Assembly: GCF_963921235.1 (NCBI RefSeq)
Contig: NC_086097.1
Span: forward strand, 82,524,001-82,588,000
Length of the DNA: 64,000 nucleotides
Source: Mobula hypostoma
Taxonomy: Eukaryota
Direction of reading: 5' to 3'
Below are positions 1-11,290 of the stretch, in pieces; position 1 is the stretch's first letter; each line of letters starts with the position of its first letter. The translations under genes were made by a program, and so were the position numbers. The notes under the pieces are model-generated. The model did not search any database and had not been told where the DNA came from. It saw nothing but the letters and a program-made list of their open reading frames with translations.

Positions 1-1814
1 CGACCCCAGTGACTTGCAGGGCCAGCAGCTCACATAGACCTTGACCTCTGACCTAGGATTCATCGACCTGCGAAATCTCTGGTCTCCTCAGTGCGTGCCG
101 ATCCAACCTACGGGATCACTGACATTTGACCCTGGATCACTCCTATGTGGAATCCAAATATTAGCTCCTGGCCCTGGCTCATCATTTACTGCCGCTGACC
201 TCTAACTCTCCTCATCCCTGTCATTGAACCATAATCTGACCCCTAACTCCCTGCACTGTCCCCAAAAGCCATTCTTGCCAACCTATGAAACAACTAAGTC
301 TGAAGCACAAGCTGAGTGGACGTCACAGCTCAGTGCCATCTTGACCAGAAGCAGAGGAATAGTGGAATTACTGTGCAACTGTTGAAATCTTTTTGCTTAT
401 GATGGAGAAGTTATATCAAAGTGGTGGAAGAATCCTTCCATAAATATGTATCTATATTATTTGGAATTTTGTTTGTTTTGTGATCTTTCACAAGATTCTA
501 AATTAATCAGCTAGGAACTAAGTGAAAAGGAAGTGGAATCACCTGCTTTTGTGTGAATAACCAGAGTAACTCACCACTAGTGTTTCAACCATGTCATTCT
601 ATTGCAGTAGATTAAGTAGGTTGTGTTTGCTTGACCTTTACCTTTTTCATTGTTTATCACTGCGTCACGTGCTGTTTATGCAGACAATGTGAAGCTCCAC
701 AATGATTGTTTTGTGGACAAAAGGATCAAAACAAAACCTCTTCACAATAGGAAAGAACCCATTGACTTTAAAATATGCTTTGGTATTCTAAAAGCAAAGT
801 AGTTTATGGGTGTATTCATCGGACGGGCTTCCACCATCAGTACCTGTGCCATTATGCATTGGGCCTGTGGGGAATGGATAGAAATGAAAGTGTGCCAAGC
901 CACACCTACTTAGGTTCATGACAGAATTGAAACAAGAGAGGCTATGCTTCAGAGGTGCCACAGTAAAGCTATAATCTGAAAGAGCCTTCTGTAAGTATTG
1001 GGTGAAGGTCATGATGTAATGAGCAGATAAACCTGTAGTTCTGGTTTGTTGCTCAAAGTTCAAGTCATTAATATTTGAAAGAGACAAGGGACCAAAATTA
1101 ATGGCACCAGTGAAGAAAACGTGCATCTTCATTATGGTAAATTGAAGTAGTCTGGGGACTTGAAGGACATAAAGGGAGTTAGCGCTTCCATAATCCTCCT
1201 AACTATAGCAGGTGCACATTTAGAATCCTACTGCATTTGATGGTTGTCAAAGAGGAGATGACAGAAGGGAAAACAAACGTATGGATATTTGTGAAGTGAG
1301 GCATCGAAAAGAGGTGGTGTCCTGTTTGTTGATGGCCTGTGGAACATTGAGAACAACCATATGATCAAAGTTCAAAGTGTTAATACTTTGAGGCTCATCT
1401 TCTTGTAGGCAGCCACACAACAGAGAAACGCAATAGAATCAATGAAAACTCCCTCACAACAAAGACCGTCAAACATCCAATGTGCAAAAAAAATAAATCG
1501 TGCAAACAATAAAAAACTGTAAACAAATAATACACAGAACATGAACCACAGAGTCTCCAAAAGTGAGTCCACAGCCACAGAGCCGGTTCAGGAGCCCGAT
1601 GGCTGCAGGCCGCAGCCACGGAGCCAGTTCGGTGCTGCAGCCGGTCCAGGAGCTGGATGGATGCAGGCCACAGCCACAGAGCCAGTTTAGTACCACAGTG
1701 AGTGCCAATGACTGCGGGCCACAGCTGCAGTCAGTTTAACACTGAGGCTAGTAAAGCCTCACAGAGTAGTGAGCTGAATACCTGTTTGTCCTTCACTCTC
1801 AGCCTCAACACCTT

Positions 1815-3530
1815 ACTTTAAAACATTAAGTTAATTCAAAGAAAGAAACAGGAGTCTGAAAATACAGGTGTAGTTCAAGTATAGCTTAAGCGCGACACGC
1901 AAGTAGCACGTGGTAGCGTGATGACGTATGCAATTAACGTATTTCTACATATAACCCATAATGAATTATTTAAATGAACAAGAATGCTTAATCAAACAAT
2001 ATATGTACAAGATCACTCAAATATTATTGAAATATTAAATACACAATTCTCCTCCCTGCTTAGCTATAAACTCCAACTCAATATAGGATGCATCTCAACT
2101 GTATACATCGTCTGCGTTATAATACAGCAACACTATATATAGACATCCACAACATAGTAATTTTTTAAATTGCCCCATCCAGGTCTAAAGATTTAATCAT
2201 TGTGGAGGATTTGTTACTCTTGTGGGATAACATCTTTCCTGACAAGGGGAATCACTCCACTTGGCAAATGAAACTTGTGGCTGTGAAACAATCTCAGGTT
2301 CTGGGGTCTCTTCCAAAGGTGGTTTTAGACACAGAGTCTGAGACTCCGGGAAGTGGTTCTGCCAGCTCTGGGCATCTTTATCCTTTTTTTCTCTTTCTGG
2401 ATCTACTTTGATCCCCTTTTTCTTTCTCACATTCCTTCTCTTTTTCACACCATTCTCTTCATTGCTCATGTTCTTTCTCGCCATCTCTTCCCTCCATTTT
2501 CTTCTTCTAGTTTATGCACCTTGATCTTGGGAAGGATCATTTAATTCACTGAAGTTATTCTCCCATTAATGCTTCTATTGCTCCTTTTACGATCTGATCT
2601 CTCCTCTTGGTTTTCTCATCCCATTTGGCCTTCCATTCATCCAGCCTGGCTTTGGTCTTTGCATCTAGTTTTACAAACAGCTTTTTGCAGATTCTGGTTC
2701 TTTATACTCACAAAAGCCAAATGCTTATAACTTTCTTGAAGCTCCTTGAACTCTCTTCCAGCTGAAAACCAGCCACATCTTGCAAGCAACTTCCTGATTA
2801 ACATATCAGAAGCTTTCTCAGATATGTTGGCTATAAAAACTGTTGTAGACAGACCACTCCTCTTGTCACTTTCACCTTCCATGATCCATCCTTAGCCCAA
2901 GACACAACAGCTATTTGTCCTCTGTTTGGCAATAGTTTTTGGTTTTCAACATGGAGACAGTTGTGGCATCCTACAGCAACTTTCTTAATTCATTTTCAAA
3001 TGGCTTCATTGCCGGGAATGTGGTATGCAAATGAAGAATGGATTTCCAATCACCTTGTAGTTGTCTTAACCAATCACATCCCCACAATGCTTGTCCTTCT
3101 GTTCTTACCACATTCGAGCTCAATGCAACTTGTTGGTTGTTGTATTTCACTGTTATGAATGTCATTCCCACCGGCGTTGTCTTTTCTCCAATGTAAGTTC
3201 CTAATTGGATCTCTGCAGGTTTCAGTCTGGTATTTTTGAAATGCTTTTCAAACTCATTTTGTGGAATGGCTGAAACAGCTGAGCCAGCGTCCAAATCCAT
3301 TTTAATTAACTTGCCATTTACTTTTGGCATAAGTCATATTGCTTGTCTATTGCTAATTTTCACACTGTAAATCCTCTTTCATCAACAGCATACAAATTAG
3401 TGCTTTTGTATACACTTTACTTTTTAGCATTTTCCCTTTCCTGTGCAGACCATTTAGTTTTGTTACCTGTCATACTCTTTGTATACGTCCTACTTAGTTT
3501 CATTTGTTGCATTTTCTGCAAGTTTTCCTG
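1815..3530 (-). mobile_element. Internally deleted Ty3/Gypsy LTR retrotransposon remnant (gag zinc-knuckle remnant, protease, integrase C-terminal tail, PPT, 3' LTR)
   Basis: ORF 2971-3330 resembles a retroviral-type aspartic protease (KMDLDAGSAVSAI...WGCDWLRQL); 2197-2360 ends RCYPTRVTNPPQ, like Gypsy pol C-termini; on the minus strand a polypurine tract (agcagggaggaga) precedes TG at about 2045, starting an LTR of about 230 bp. Left LTR boundary approximate. Confidence 0.75.
2365..2965 (-). pseudogene. RBM25: Intronless, internally deleted RBM25 (RRM splicing factor) retrocopy fragments inside the Gypsy element
   Basis: Minus-strand translations TTVFIANISEKASDMLIRKLLARCG, LFVKLDAKTKARLDEWKAK and KRRDQIVKGAIEALMGE match recalled RBM25 segments (TTVFVGNISEKASDMLIRQLLAKCG, LLVKVDAKTKAQLDEWKAK, KRRDQMIKGAIEVLIRE), followed by an R/E/K-rich tract; frameshifts and deletions present. 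Confidence 0.85.
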
Positions 3531-5960
3531 CCCCACTGAACTCACTCGTGTCTGCACACCTCGACTCTATTTTACCCCTCTTGGTTCAGTCCCTTCCTAC
3601 CTACATCCATGACACTTCACCACTCTCAATCTTTTCAATGACTTTATGTTCCCTTCCCCCGATTGTCTCATTTTCACTATTGATGTCCCGTATCTATTCA
3701 CTTCTATCCCCCATAAGGAAGGCTAGAAAGCCCTCTCCTTTCTGGACAACAGATCCCCTCTAGCACCACTCTTTTCTGACTGGCGGAACTGGTCCTCATC
3801 CTCAACAATTTCAACTTTGGCTCCACCCACTTTCTTCAAACCCAAGGTGTAGCCATGGCCTCTCAATGGGTCCCAGCTATGCCTGTCTTTTCCTCGATTA
3901 CATGGAACAATCCATGTTCCAAAGCTAACCAGCATTGCTCTCCAACTCTTCCTACACTAAATTGACAACTGCATTGGTGCTGTTTCCTGCACCCAAACTG
4001 AGCTCGTCAATTCCATCAACCTGCCACAAATTTACTCGGTCCATTTATGACACTCTCTTCTCTTTCTGGATCTCTATGTCTCCACCTCTGGAGACACTCG
4101 ATCTACTGTTATTTTTTAGAAACTCCTTTGGACTACCTAAAATTTCCAGTAATCTCTCCCCTTCAGCCCGTAGAATGATTGCATTTCTTACTTTAATGGC
4201 GAAAAGATGTATCTTACAACATTGGAAAGAGCTTAATGCTCCAACTACCTTTTTTTGGTTTTCTCAGACGATATTATGCTTGAATTTGGAGAAAATTAGA
4301 AGCAATCTTTATGACTCCTCATTTAAATTTGAACAGACTTGGAGATCTTTTATTCAATATTTTCATTTAATGTAATATATACCCTTCTTGTTTTTTTTCA
4401 CTGTTTTTAATGGAGGTCGGGATTGAGGACGTGATTTTAAGTTTAACTCTGTTTGGTTTCAAGTTAGCCCATTGCTTTGCGTTGCTTTAGTTAGTTGCAC
4501 GGTGGGGTTTTTTTTGGGGTTTTTTTTCTTTTTCTCCATTGATATATATATAAAATTAGTATACTATTATGTTACCTTGGTATGTTATGCTTAAATTACA
4601 TTGTAGTATTTTTTTTTGTATTAATATCTTCTGTAATTTTATTATATTCTAACAATGTATTAGTGTCTATATGGCTTACCTTTTTGTATACTTATTTAAT
4701 AAAAAGATTTAAAAGAAGAAGAAGAAACTAAGTGACTGTCACAGCTATGTTAACTATTCCTCTTCCCACCCTGTCACTTGTAAAAATGCATTCCCTTTTC
4801 TCAGTTTCTCTGTCTCCGCCGCATCTGCTGTCAGGATGAGGCTTTTCATTCCAGAAAAACTGAGATGTCCTTCCTCAAAAAAAGGGGTTTCCTTTCCTCC
4901 ACCATCAAGGCTGCCCTCATCTGCATCTCTTCTATTTCCTGCATATGTGGCCTCACCCCATCCTCCACCGCCACATCAGGGATAGGGTTCCTCTTGTACT
5001 CCCCTACCACTCCACAAGACTTCATGTCTGAATATACAAACGTTTGTAATTCTCCATAAATTCTGCCATCTCCAATGGAATCCCACCACCAAGCACATCT
5101 TTCCCTCTCCTCCCCTACGTGACTCCCTTGTCCACTCGTCCCTCCCCACTGATCTCCCTCCTGGTACTTATCCTTGCAAGCAGAACAAGTGCCATACCTC
5201 CCACCACAGCTCCCCCCTCACCAGCATTCAGGGCCTCAAGCAGTCCTATCAGGTAAGGCGACACGTCACATGTGAGTCTATTAGGGTCATCTACTGTATC
5301 CAGTGCTCTCGGTGCGGCCTCCTGTATATTGGGGAGTCCCGACGTCATAGATTGGGAGACCACTTACCCGAGCACCTTTGTTTCATCTAACAGAAACAGT
5401 GGGATCTCCTGGTGGTCACCCATTTCAACTCTACTCCCCATTCTGATTACGACATTTCAGTCCATGGCCTCTTCTACTGCCGAAATGAGGCTGCAGTAGG
5501 TTGGAAGAACAACACTTTATATTCCGTCTGGATAGCCTCCAACTTGATGGCATGAACGTTGATTTCTCGAACTTCCACGAATCGCCCTCCCCCCGCCCCA
5601 CTTTCACAATTCATCTTTCTTGTTTCCCTCACACACCTTATCACCTTACCTGTCCATCACCTCCCTCTGGTGCTTCTCCCACTTCCCTTTCCTGCATTGT
5701 CTTCTGTCCTCTTCTTGTCAGATTCCCCTTTCTCCAGCCCTTTAACCAATCAACTTCCCAACTCCTTATTTCATCCTAACCCCCCCTCTCTGGATTTCAT
5801 CTATCACCTGCCACCTTGTACTTCTTCTTCCCCTCCCCCCACCTTCTTATTCTGATTTCTTCCCCCTTCCTTTCCAGGCTTGATGAAGGGTCTTGGCCCG
5901 AAACGTTGACTGTTTTATTCCCATTCATAGATGCTGCCTGACCTTCTGACATCCAGCACA
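3530..5960 (+). mobile_element. Degraded Penelope-like element (RT + GIY-YIG), interrupted by an L1 fragment
   Basis: Colinear with the better-preserved copy at 6066-8030 (PLLVQSLPTYIHDT; EEQHFIFRLDSLQLDGMNVDFSNF); terminal repeat with degenerate hammerhead at about 5876-5912. Confidence 0.85.
4125..4722 (+). mobile_element. 5'-truncated L1-clade LINE (ORF2 C-terminus, 3'UTR, A-rich tail)
   Basis: AFLTLMAKRCILQHWKELNAPTTFFWFSQTILCLNLEKIR...TWRSF resembles L1 ORF2 C-termini; AATAAA followed by an (AAG)n tail; agaaact duplicated at 4118-4124 and 4723-4729. Confidence 0.8.
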
Positions 5961-6065
5961 TTGTATCTCTTACATCTGGCTCAGCGTTTAAATCAGCTAA
6001 ATATCAACTTCTTTTCCTCTCTCCGGCCTGAAATTTCATATACTTAAACACAGGTCTTTTTGGAG

Positions 6066-8030
6066 TTACACACACAAAATGCTGATGGAATGCAGAAGGC
6101 CAGGCAGCATCTATAGGAAGAGGTACAGTCGACATTTCGGGCCAAGACCCTTCGTCAGGACTAACTGAAAGAAGAGCTAGTAAGAGATTTGAAAGTGGGA
6201 GGGGGAGGGCAGAACCAAAATGATAGGAGAAGACAGGAGGGGGAGGGATGGAGCTAAGAGCTGGACAGTTGATTGTCAAGGATATACAAGGCTGGAGAAG
6301 GGAGAGGATCGTGGGACGGGAGGCCTAGGGAGAAAGAAAAGGAGAGGGGAGCATCAGAAGATATAGTGAGAGGGACAGAGGGAGAAAAAAGAGACAGAAA
6401 GAAAGGGGAAAAATAAAAAATAATAAATAAATCAATAAAGGATGGGGTAAGAAGGGGAGGAGGGGTATTAACGGAAGTTAGAGAAATCAATGTTCATGCC
6501 ATCAGGTTGGAGGCTACCCAGATGGAATATAAGGTGTTGTTCCTCCATCCTGGGTGTGGCTTCATCTTGACAATAGAGAAGGCCGTGGATAGACATATCA
6601 GAATGGGAATGGGACGTGGAATTGAAATGTGTGGCCGCTGGGAGATCCTGCTTTCTCTGGCGGACAGAGCGTAGGTGTTTAGCGAAACGGTCTCCCAGCC
6701 TGTTTCGGGTCTCACCAACATATAGAAGGCTGCATAGGGAGCACCGGACACAGTATATCACCCCAGCCAACTCACAGGTGAAGTATCGCCTCACCTGGAA
6801 GGACTGTCTGGGGCCCTGAATGGTGGTGAGGGAGAAAGTGTAAGGGCATGTGTAGCACTTGTTCTGCTTATAAGCATAAGTGGCGGGAGGGAGATTGGTG
6901 GGAAAGGATGGGGGGATGAATGGACAAGGGAGGCGCGTAGGGAGCGATCCCTGCGGAAAGTAGAACGGGGGGGTGGAGGGAAAGATGTGTTTAGTGGTGG
7001 GATAATATTGGAGTTGGCGGAAGTTACGGAGAATAATATGTTTGACCCGGAGGCTGGTGGGGTGGTAGGTGAGGACAAGGGGAACCTTATCCCTAGTGGG
7101 GCGGCGGGAGGATGGGGTGAGAGTAGGTGTGCATGAAATGGGAGAGCTGCGTTTGAGAGCAGAGTTGATGGTGGAGGAAGGGAAGCCACTTTCTTTAAAA
7201 AAGGAAGACATGTCCTTCATCCTGGAATACAAAGCCTCATCCTGAGAGCAGATGCGGTGGAGACGGAGGAATCGCGAGAAGGGGTTGGCAGTTTTGCAAT
7301 AGATAGTGTGGGAAGAGGAACAGGTCCAGGTAGCTGTGAGAGTCCGTAGGCTTACAGTAGACATCAGTAGATAAGCTGTCTCCAGAGAGAGACAGAAAGG
7401 TCAAGAAAGGGGAGGGAGGCGCCGGAAATGGACCAGGTAAATTTGAGGGCAGGGTGAAAGTTGGAGGCAAAGTTAATGAAGTCAACGAGCTCAGCATGCG
7501 TGCAGGAAGCAGCACCAATGCAGTCCTCGATGTAGCGAAGGAAAAGTGGGGGACGGATACCAGTATAGACTTGGAACATGGATTGTTCCACAAAGCCAAC
7601 AAAAAAGTAGGCATAGCTAGGACCCATACGGGTGCCCATAGCTACACCTTTAGTTTGGAGGAAGTGGGAGGAGCCAAAGGAGAAATTATTAAGGGTAAGG
7701 ACTGATTCCGCTAGATGGAGCAGAGTGGTGGTAGACGGGAGCTGGTTAGGTCTGGAATCCAAAAAGAAGCGGAGAGCTTTGGGACCTTCCTGGTGGGGGA
7801 TGGAGGTATATAGGGACTGGACATCTATGGTGAATATAAAGCGGTGGGGGCCAGGGAACTTAAAATCATTGAAAAAATTCAGAGCGTGAGAAGTGTCACG
7901 AACATAGGTGGGAAGGGATTGAACAAGGAGGGGATAAAGCAGTGTCGAGGTATGCAGAAACGAGTTCAGTGGGGCAGGAGCAAGCTGAGACAATGGGTCT
8001 ACCTGGACAGGCAGGTTTGTCCAGGCTGCA
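6066..8030 (-). mobile_element. Penelope-like element, 5'-truncated, frameshifted RT + GIY-YIG endonuclease and terminal repeat
   Basis: ORF 7364-8038 has PLE RT motifs (IDVQSLYTSIP, QTKGVAMGTRMGPSYA, FLRYIEDC, LPFLDL); ORF 6468-7364 has GVIYCVRCSLCSLLYVGETRNRLGDRF (GIY-YIG). Confidence 0.92.
6127..6162 (-). ncRNA. Minimal type I hammerhead ribozyme motif in PLE terminal repeat
   Basis: Minus strand reads AGUC-CUGACGA-A-GGGU-CUUG-GCCC-GAAAUGUC-GACU: both core boxes, helix II, and helix I AGUC/GACU are present. Confidence 0.75.
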
Positions 8031-8419
8031 AGATCCAAAAGGAGTTACAGGGTAGCCAGTAGCAGGGGAACCTGCTGCATGTCTACAGAATAGGCATGGC
8101 ACTGTCCCAGAAGAGATCGTCAGTCTTAATGCCCAAAACGTCAACAATTGCCCCGCCCACCGAATGCTGCTCAACCTGCTGAATTCCTCCGACAGTTTCT
8201 TTTCACCCCATCACCAATTCATTTTGCTTCTGTGTCCTTCCGAGGGTTCAACAATCACCTGCAATGTCTGTGTTCACAGCTTCGCAGCAGCTATTGTTTC
8301 AGCTCCAGGGTGCCAGAAACACAGTGCCTTTGGCACTTCTCAGTCAATTTGTGACTGCAGAAGGATAGTTCTCCTGACTGAGGGGCCCCTAATTTGAGAA
8401 TGAGGCAGTTCTATGCTTC

Positions 8420-9062
8420 GAATTAAAACCCCATCCTATTACGGCAATCTTTGGATTGCCAATGGTAGAACATAGATCTTTGTCTTCTTCAGCCTGTCGA
8501 ATGATAGCTTTTGTTACTTTAATGGCGAGAAGATCTATTTTGTTGAACTGGAAGGAAACTAATCCTCCAACTACATTCCAATGGTTTTCTCAAACCATAT
8601 TAAGTGTAAGTTTAGAAAAAACTAGAAGTGATATTTTTGACCCTTCAGTTAAATTTGAAGAAACTTGGAAACCTTTTATGCAACATTTTCATATGATGTA
8701 ATCTGACCTTTCCAAAATTTTTTTTCTAAACTTGAATTATATGATGAGAGGAGCGGAGTTAACGACATTATTGAATGTGTCCGATACAAGCTGTTGGTCT
8801 AGCCCTGTTTTGTTTTTTTCCTTGGGGTTTTTGTTTCTTTTTTTCTTTTCGGGCTTTTTTTGTTTATATATTTTTTACTTTTTATTTCTTTTTTAATGTT
8901 TAATCTCATTATGAGTTTGGAAGTCTTTTATATCTATGTCACTTAAAATTCATTTTATATATGCTGATGAACATTTTTCCAATCTCTTTGTACCAACTTT
9001 GTTATTGAGTTTATAATTTTGAAAAATTAATAAAAAGATTTAAAAAGAAAGAAAGAAAGAGA
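8420..9062 (+). mobile_element. 5'-truncated L1-clade LINE 3' end
   Basis: ORF 8456-8701 is homologous to the 4125-4722 copy (AFVTLMARRSILLNWKE...LEKTR...TWKPF); AATAAA and (AAAG)n tail. Confidence 0.8.
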
Positions 9063-9284
9063 ATGAGGGATAGACTATTTAGGACATTGAACCCATGAGC
9101 ACCACCTCCCTAGTTTTTTTCTCTCTTTTTGCACTGGTGTCGCATGAAGAAAGTCTCCAGAGAGAAGTACTGGTAGATATGAAGCGGTCTGTTATTTGAC
9201 AAAATAAGATACAATAGGCACTAGATGGAAACACCTTCAGTGATAGAAGGTCTGCCTCACCCAACACTATATGATATTTTATGT

Positions 9285-9376
9285 TAAGGGTCAAAGGACA
9301 ATTCAGGCTAAAGATCAAAGGATAATTCAAGCTAAAGATCAAAGGACAATTCAGGCTAAAGATCAAAGGACAATTC
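9285..9376 (+). repeat. 24-bp tandem repeat, about 3.8 copies (aaagatcaaaggacaattcaggct)
   Basis: AGATCAAAGG recurs at 9312, 9336 and 9360 (period 24), variant GGGTCAAAGG at 9288. Confidence 0.95.
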
Positions 9377-9480
9377 TACATTTACAATGCTTCCTTTGTA
9401 TTCACCACTGTCACACTTCCCTCTTCACACCCACATGACAGACATCAAGTGACACCCAAATTCCGAGTGTAATCAGCATT

Positions 9481-10511
9481 TAAAAATGCAAACATGAGGA
9501 AATCTGCAGATGCTGGAAATTCAAGCAACACACACAAAAAATGCTGGTGAACGCAGCAGGCCAGGCAGCATCTATAGGAAGAGGTACAGTCGACGTTTTG
9601 GGTCGAGATCCTTTGTCAGGACTCACTGAAAGAAGAGATAGGAAGAGTTTTGAAAGTGGAAGGGGGAGGGGGAGATCCGAAATGCTAGGAGAAGACAGGA
9701 GGGGGAGGGATGGAGCCAAGAGCTGGAAAGGGATACGAGACTGGAAAAGACAGACAGTCCTTCCAGGTGAGGCGACACTTCACCTGTGAGTTGGCTGGGG
9801 TGATATACTGTGTGCGGTGCTCCCGGTGCGGCCTTCTATATATTGACAAGACCCAATGCAGGCTGAGAGTCTGTTTCGCTAAACACCTATGCTCTGTCCG
9901 CCAGAGAAAGCAGGATCTCCCAGTGGCCACACATTTTAGTTCCACGTCCCATTCCCATTCTGATATGTCTATCCACAGCCTCCTCTACTGTCAAGACGAA
10001 GCCACACTCAGGTTGGAGGAACAACACCTTATATTCTGTCTGGGTAGACTCCAACCTGATGGCATGAACATTGACTTCTCTAACTTCCGTTAATGCCCCT
10101 CCTCCCCTTCGTACTCCATCCCTTATTTATTTATTTCCCCCCCCCCTTTTTTTCTCTCTCTCTTTTTTCTCCCTCTGCCCCTCTCACTATAACTCTTTGC
10201 CAGCTCTCCATCCTCTGGGCTCCCCTCCCCCTTTCTTTCTCCCTAGGCCTCCCATCCCATGATCCTCTCCCTTCTCCAGCCTCGTATCCCTTTTCCCAAT
10301 CAACTTTCCAGCTTTTAGCTCCAACCCTCCTCCTCCTGTCTTCTCCTATCATTTCGGATCTCCCCTTCCCCCTCCCACTTTCAAATCTCTTACCATCTTT
10401 TCTTTCAGTTAGTCCTGACGAAGGGTCTTGGCTCGAAACGTCAGCTGTACCTCTTCCTATAGATGCTGCCTGGCCTGCTGCGTTCACCAGCATTTTTTGT
10501 GTGTGCTAATT
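9481..10511 (+). mobile_element. Truncated Penelope-like insertion with inverted terminal repeat copy at its left end
   Basis: 9490-9745 is a terminal repeat in reverse orientation; 9750-10093 encodes the GIY-YIG C-terminus; terminal repeat to about 10505; taatcagcatt duplicated at 9470-9480 and 10512-10522. Confidence 0.88.
10411..10446 (+). ncRNA. Minimal hammerhead ribozyme motif, catalytic core intact
   Basis: AGUC-CUGACGA-A-GGGU-CUUG-GCUC-GAAACGUC-AGCU; helix I partly mismatched. Confidence 0.7.
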
Positions 10512-10569
10512 TAATCAGCATTGTCTGGCCTTCCAGTTAACTGTGGTTCACGCGTTTCAGCAACCCATT

Positions 10570-11290
10570 ATTCAGAGCCGTATTTTAGATTTAATCCACG
10601 GTTTATATTTGAATCTGAAGACTGGTGGCCGAAGTCAGTTGCTTGAGGGTTCGACGCAGTACCTTTGCTGTTCCTAGTAGCGTGCTCTTCTGGACCAAGA
10701 TCTCAGGTGTTGTTCCTGAGATTTGTCGGAGCCACTCTCCCAGTCCAGGTGTCACAGCTCCAAGTGCTTCTATAACCACCAGGATTATTCTGGCTTTAAC
10801 CTTCCACTACCTTTCTATTTGGACATCTCGTGCAGTGGCTTGTCCTGCCATGGCCTCTGGTCCTCTGGCTCAGCTTCATCCACTTCCATTTCCATATCCC
10901 CTGCTGCTGTCTGAGGTGTTCTCCTAGCAGGTCGTCATTAGGGGTAATCTTTCTGACATACTCATGGATGTTTTGTATTTCTTCCAGGACTGTGTCCTTG
11001 ACACCTCCAAGTCCCCGTCCTCCTTTATTTCAGTGCTTGATGCTGTACAGTTGATCAATGTTGGACTTTGGATGGAATCTTCCATGCACTCTTAGTAGCT
11101 TCTGGGTCTTGATGTCAGTGGCTTCCAGTTTGTTCCTTGGCCAATCGCACACTATTGCGACTGGATACCCGATGGCTGGTAGGGCGAATGTGTTGATGGC
11201 TCTTGCCCATGTAGCTGGCAAGGCAGCGCTCGCGGCGTCTCCGGTGATGAATATCTGTAATTTGTCAAGTAGGAGGCCATGCACAATTCT
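10570..11290 (-). mobile_element. Degraded R4/Dong-like non-LTR retrotransposon fragment
   Basis: AINTFALPAIGYP...DIKTQKLLRVHGRFHPKSNIDQLY (post-RT region) and a C-terminal VQKSTLLGTAKVLRRTL, as recalled for R4/Dong/Rex6 ORFs. Confidence 0.65.

Noticed and set aside
758..790. ATT GAC TTT AAA (IDFK) as a possible RAB15 exon 2
   Set aside because: Following residues do not match KTIEVDGIKVRIQIW and no suitable splice sites.
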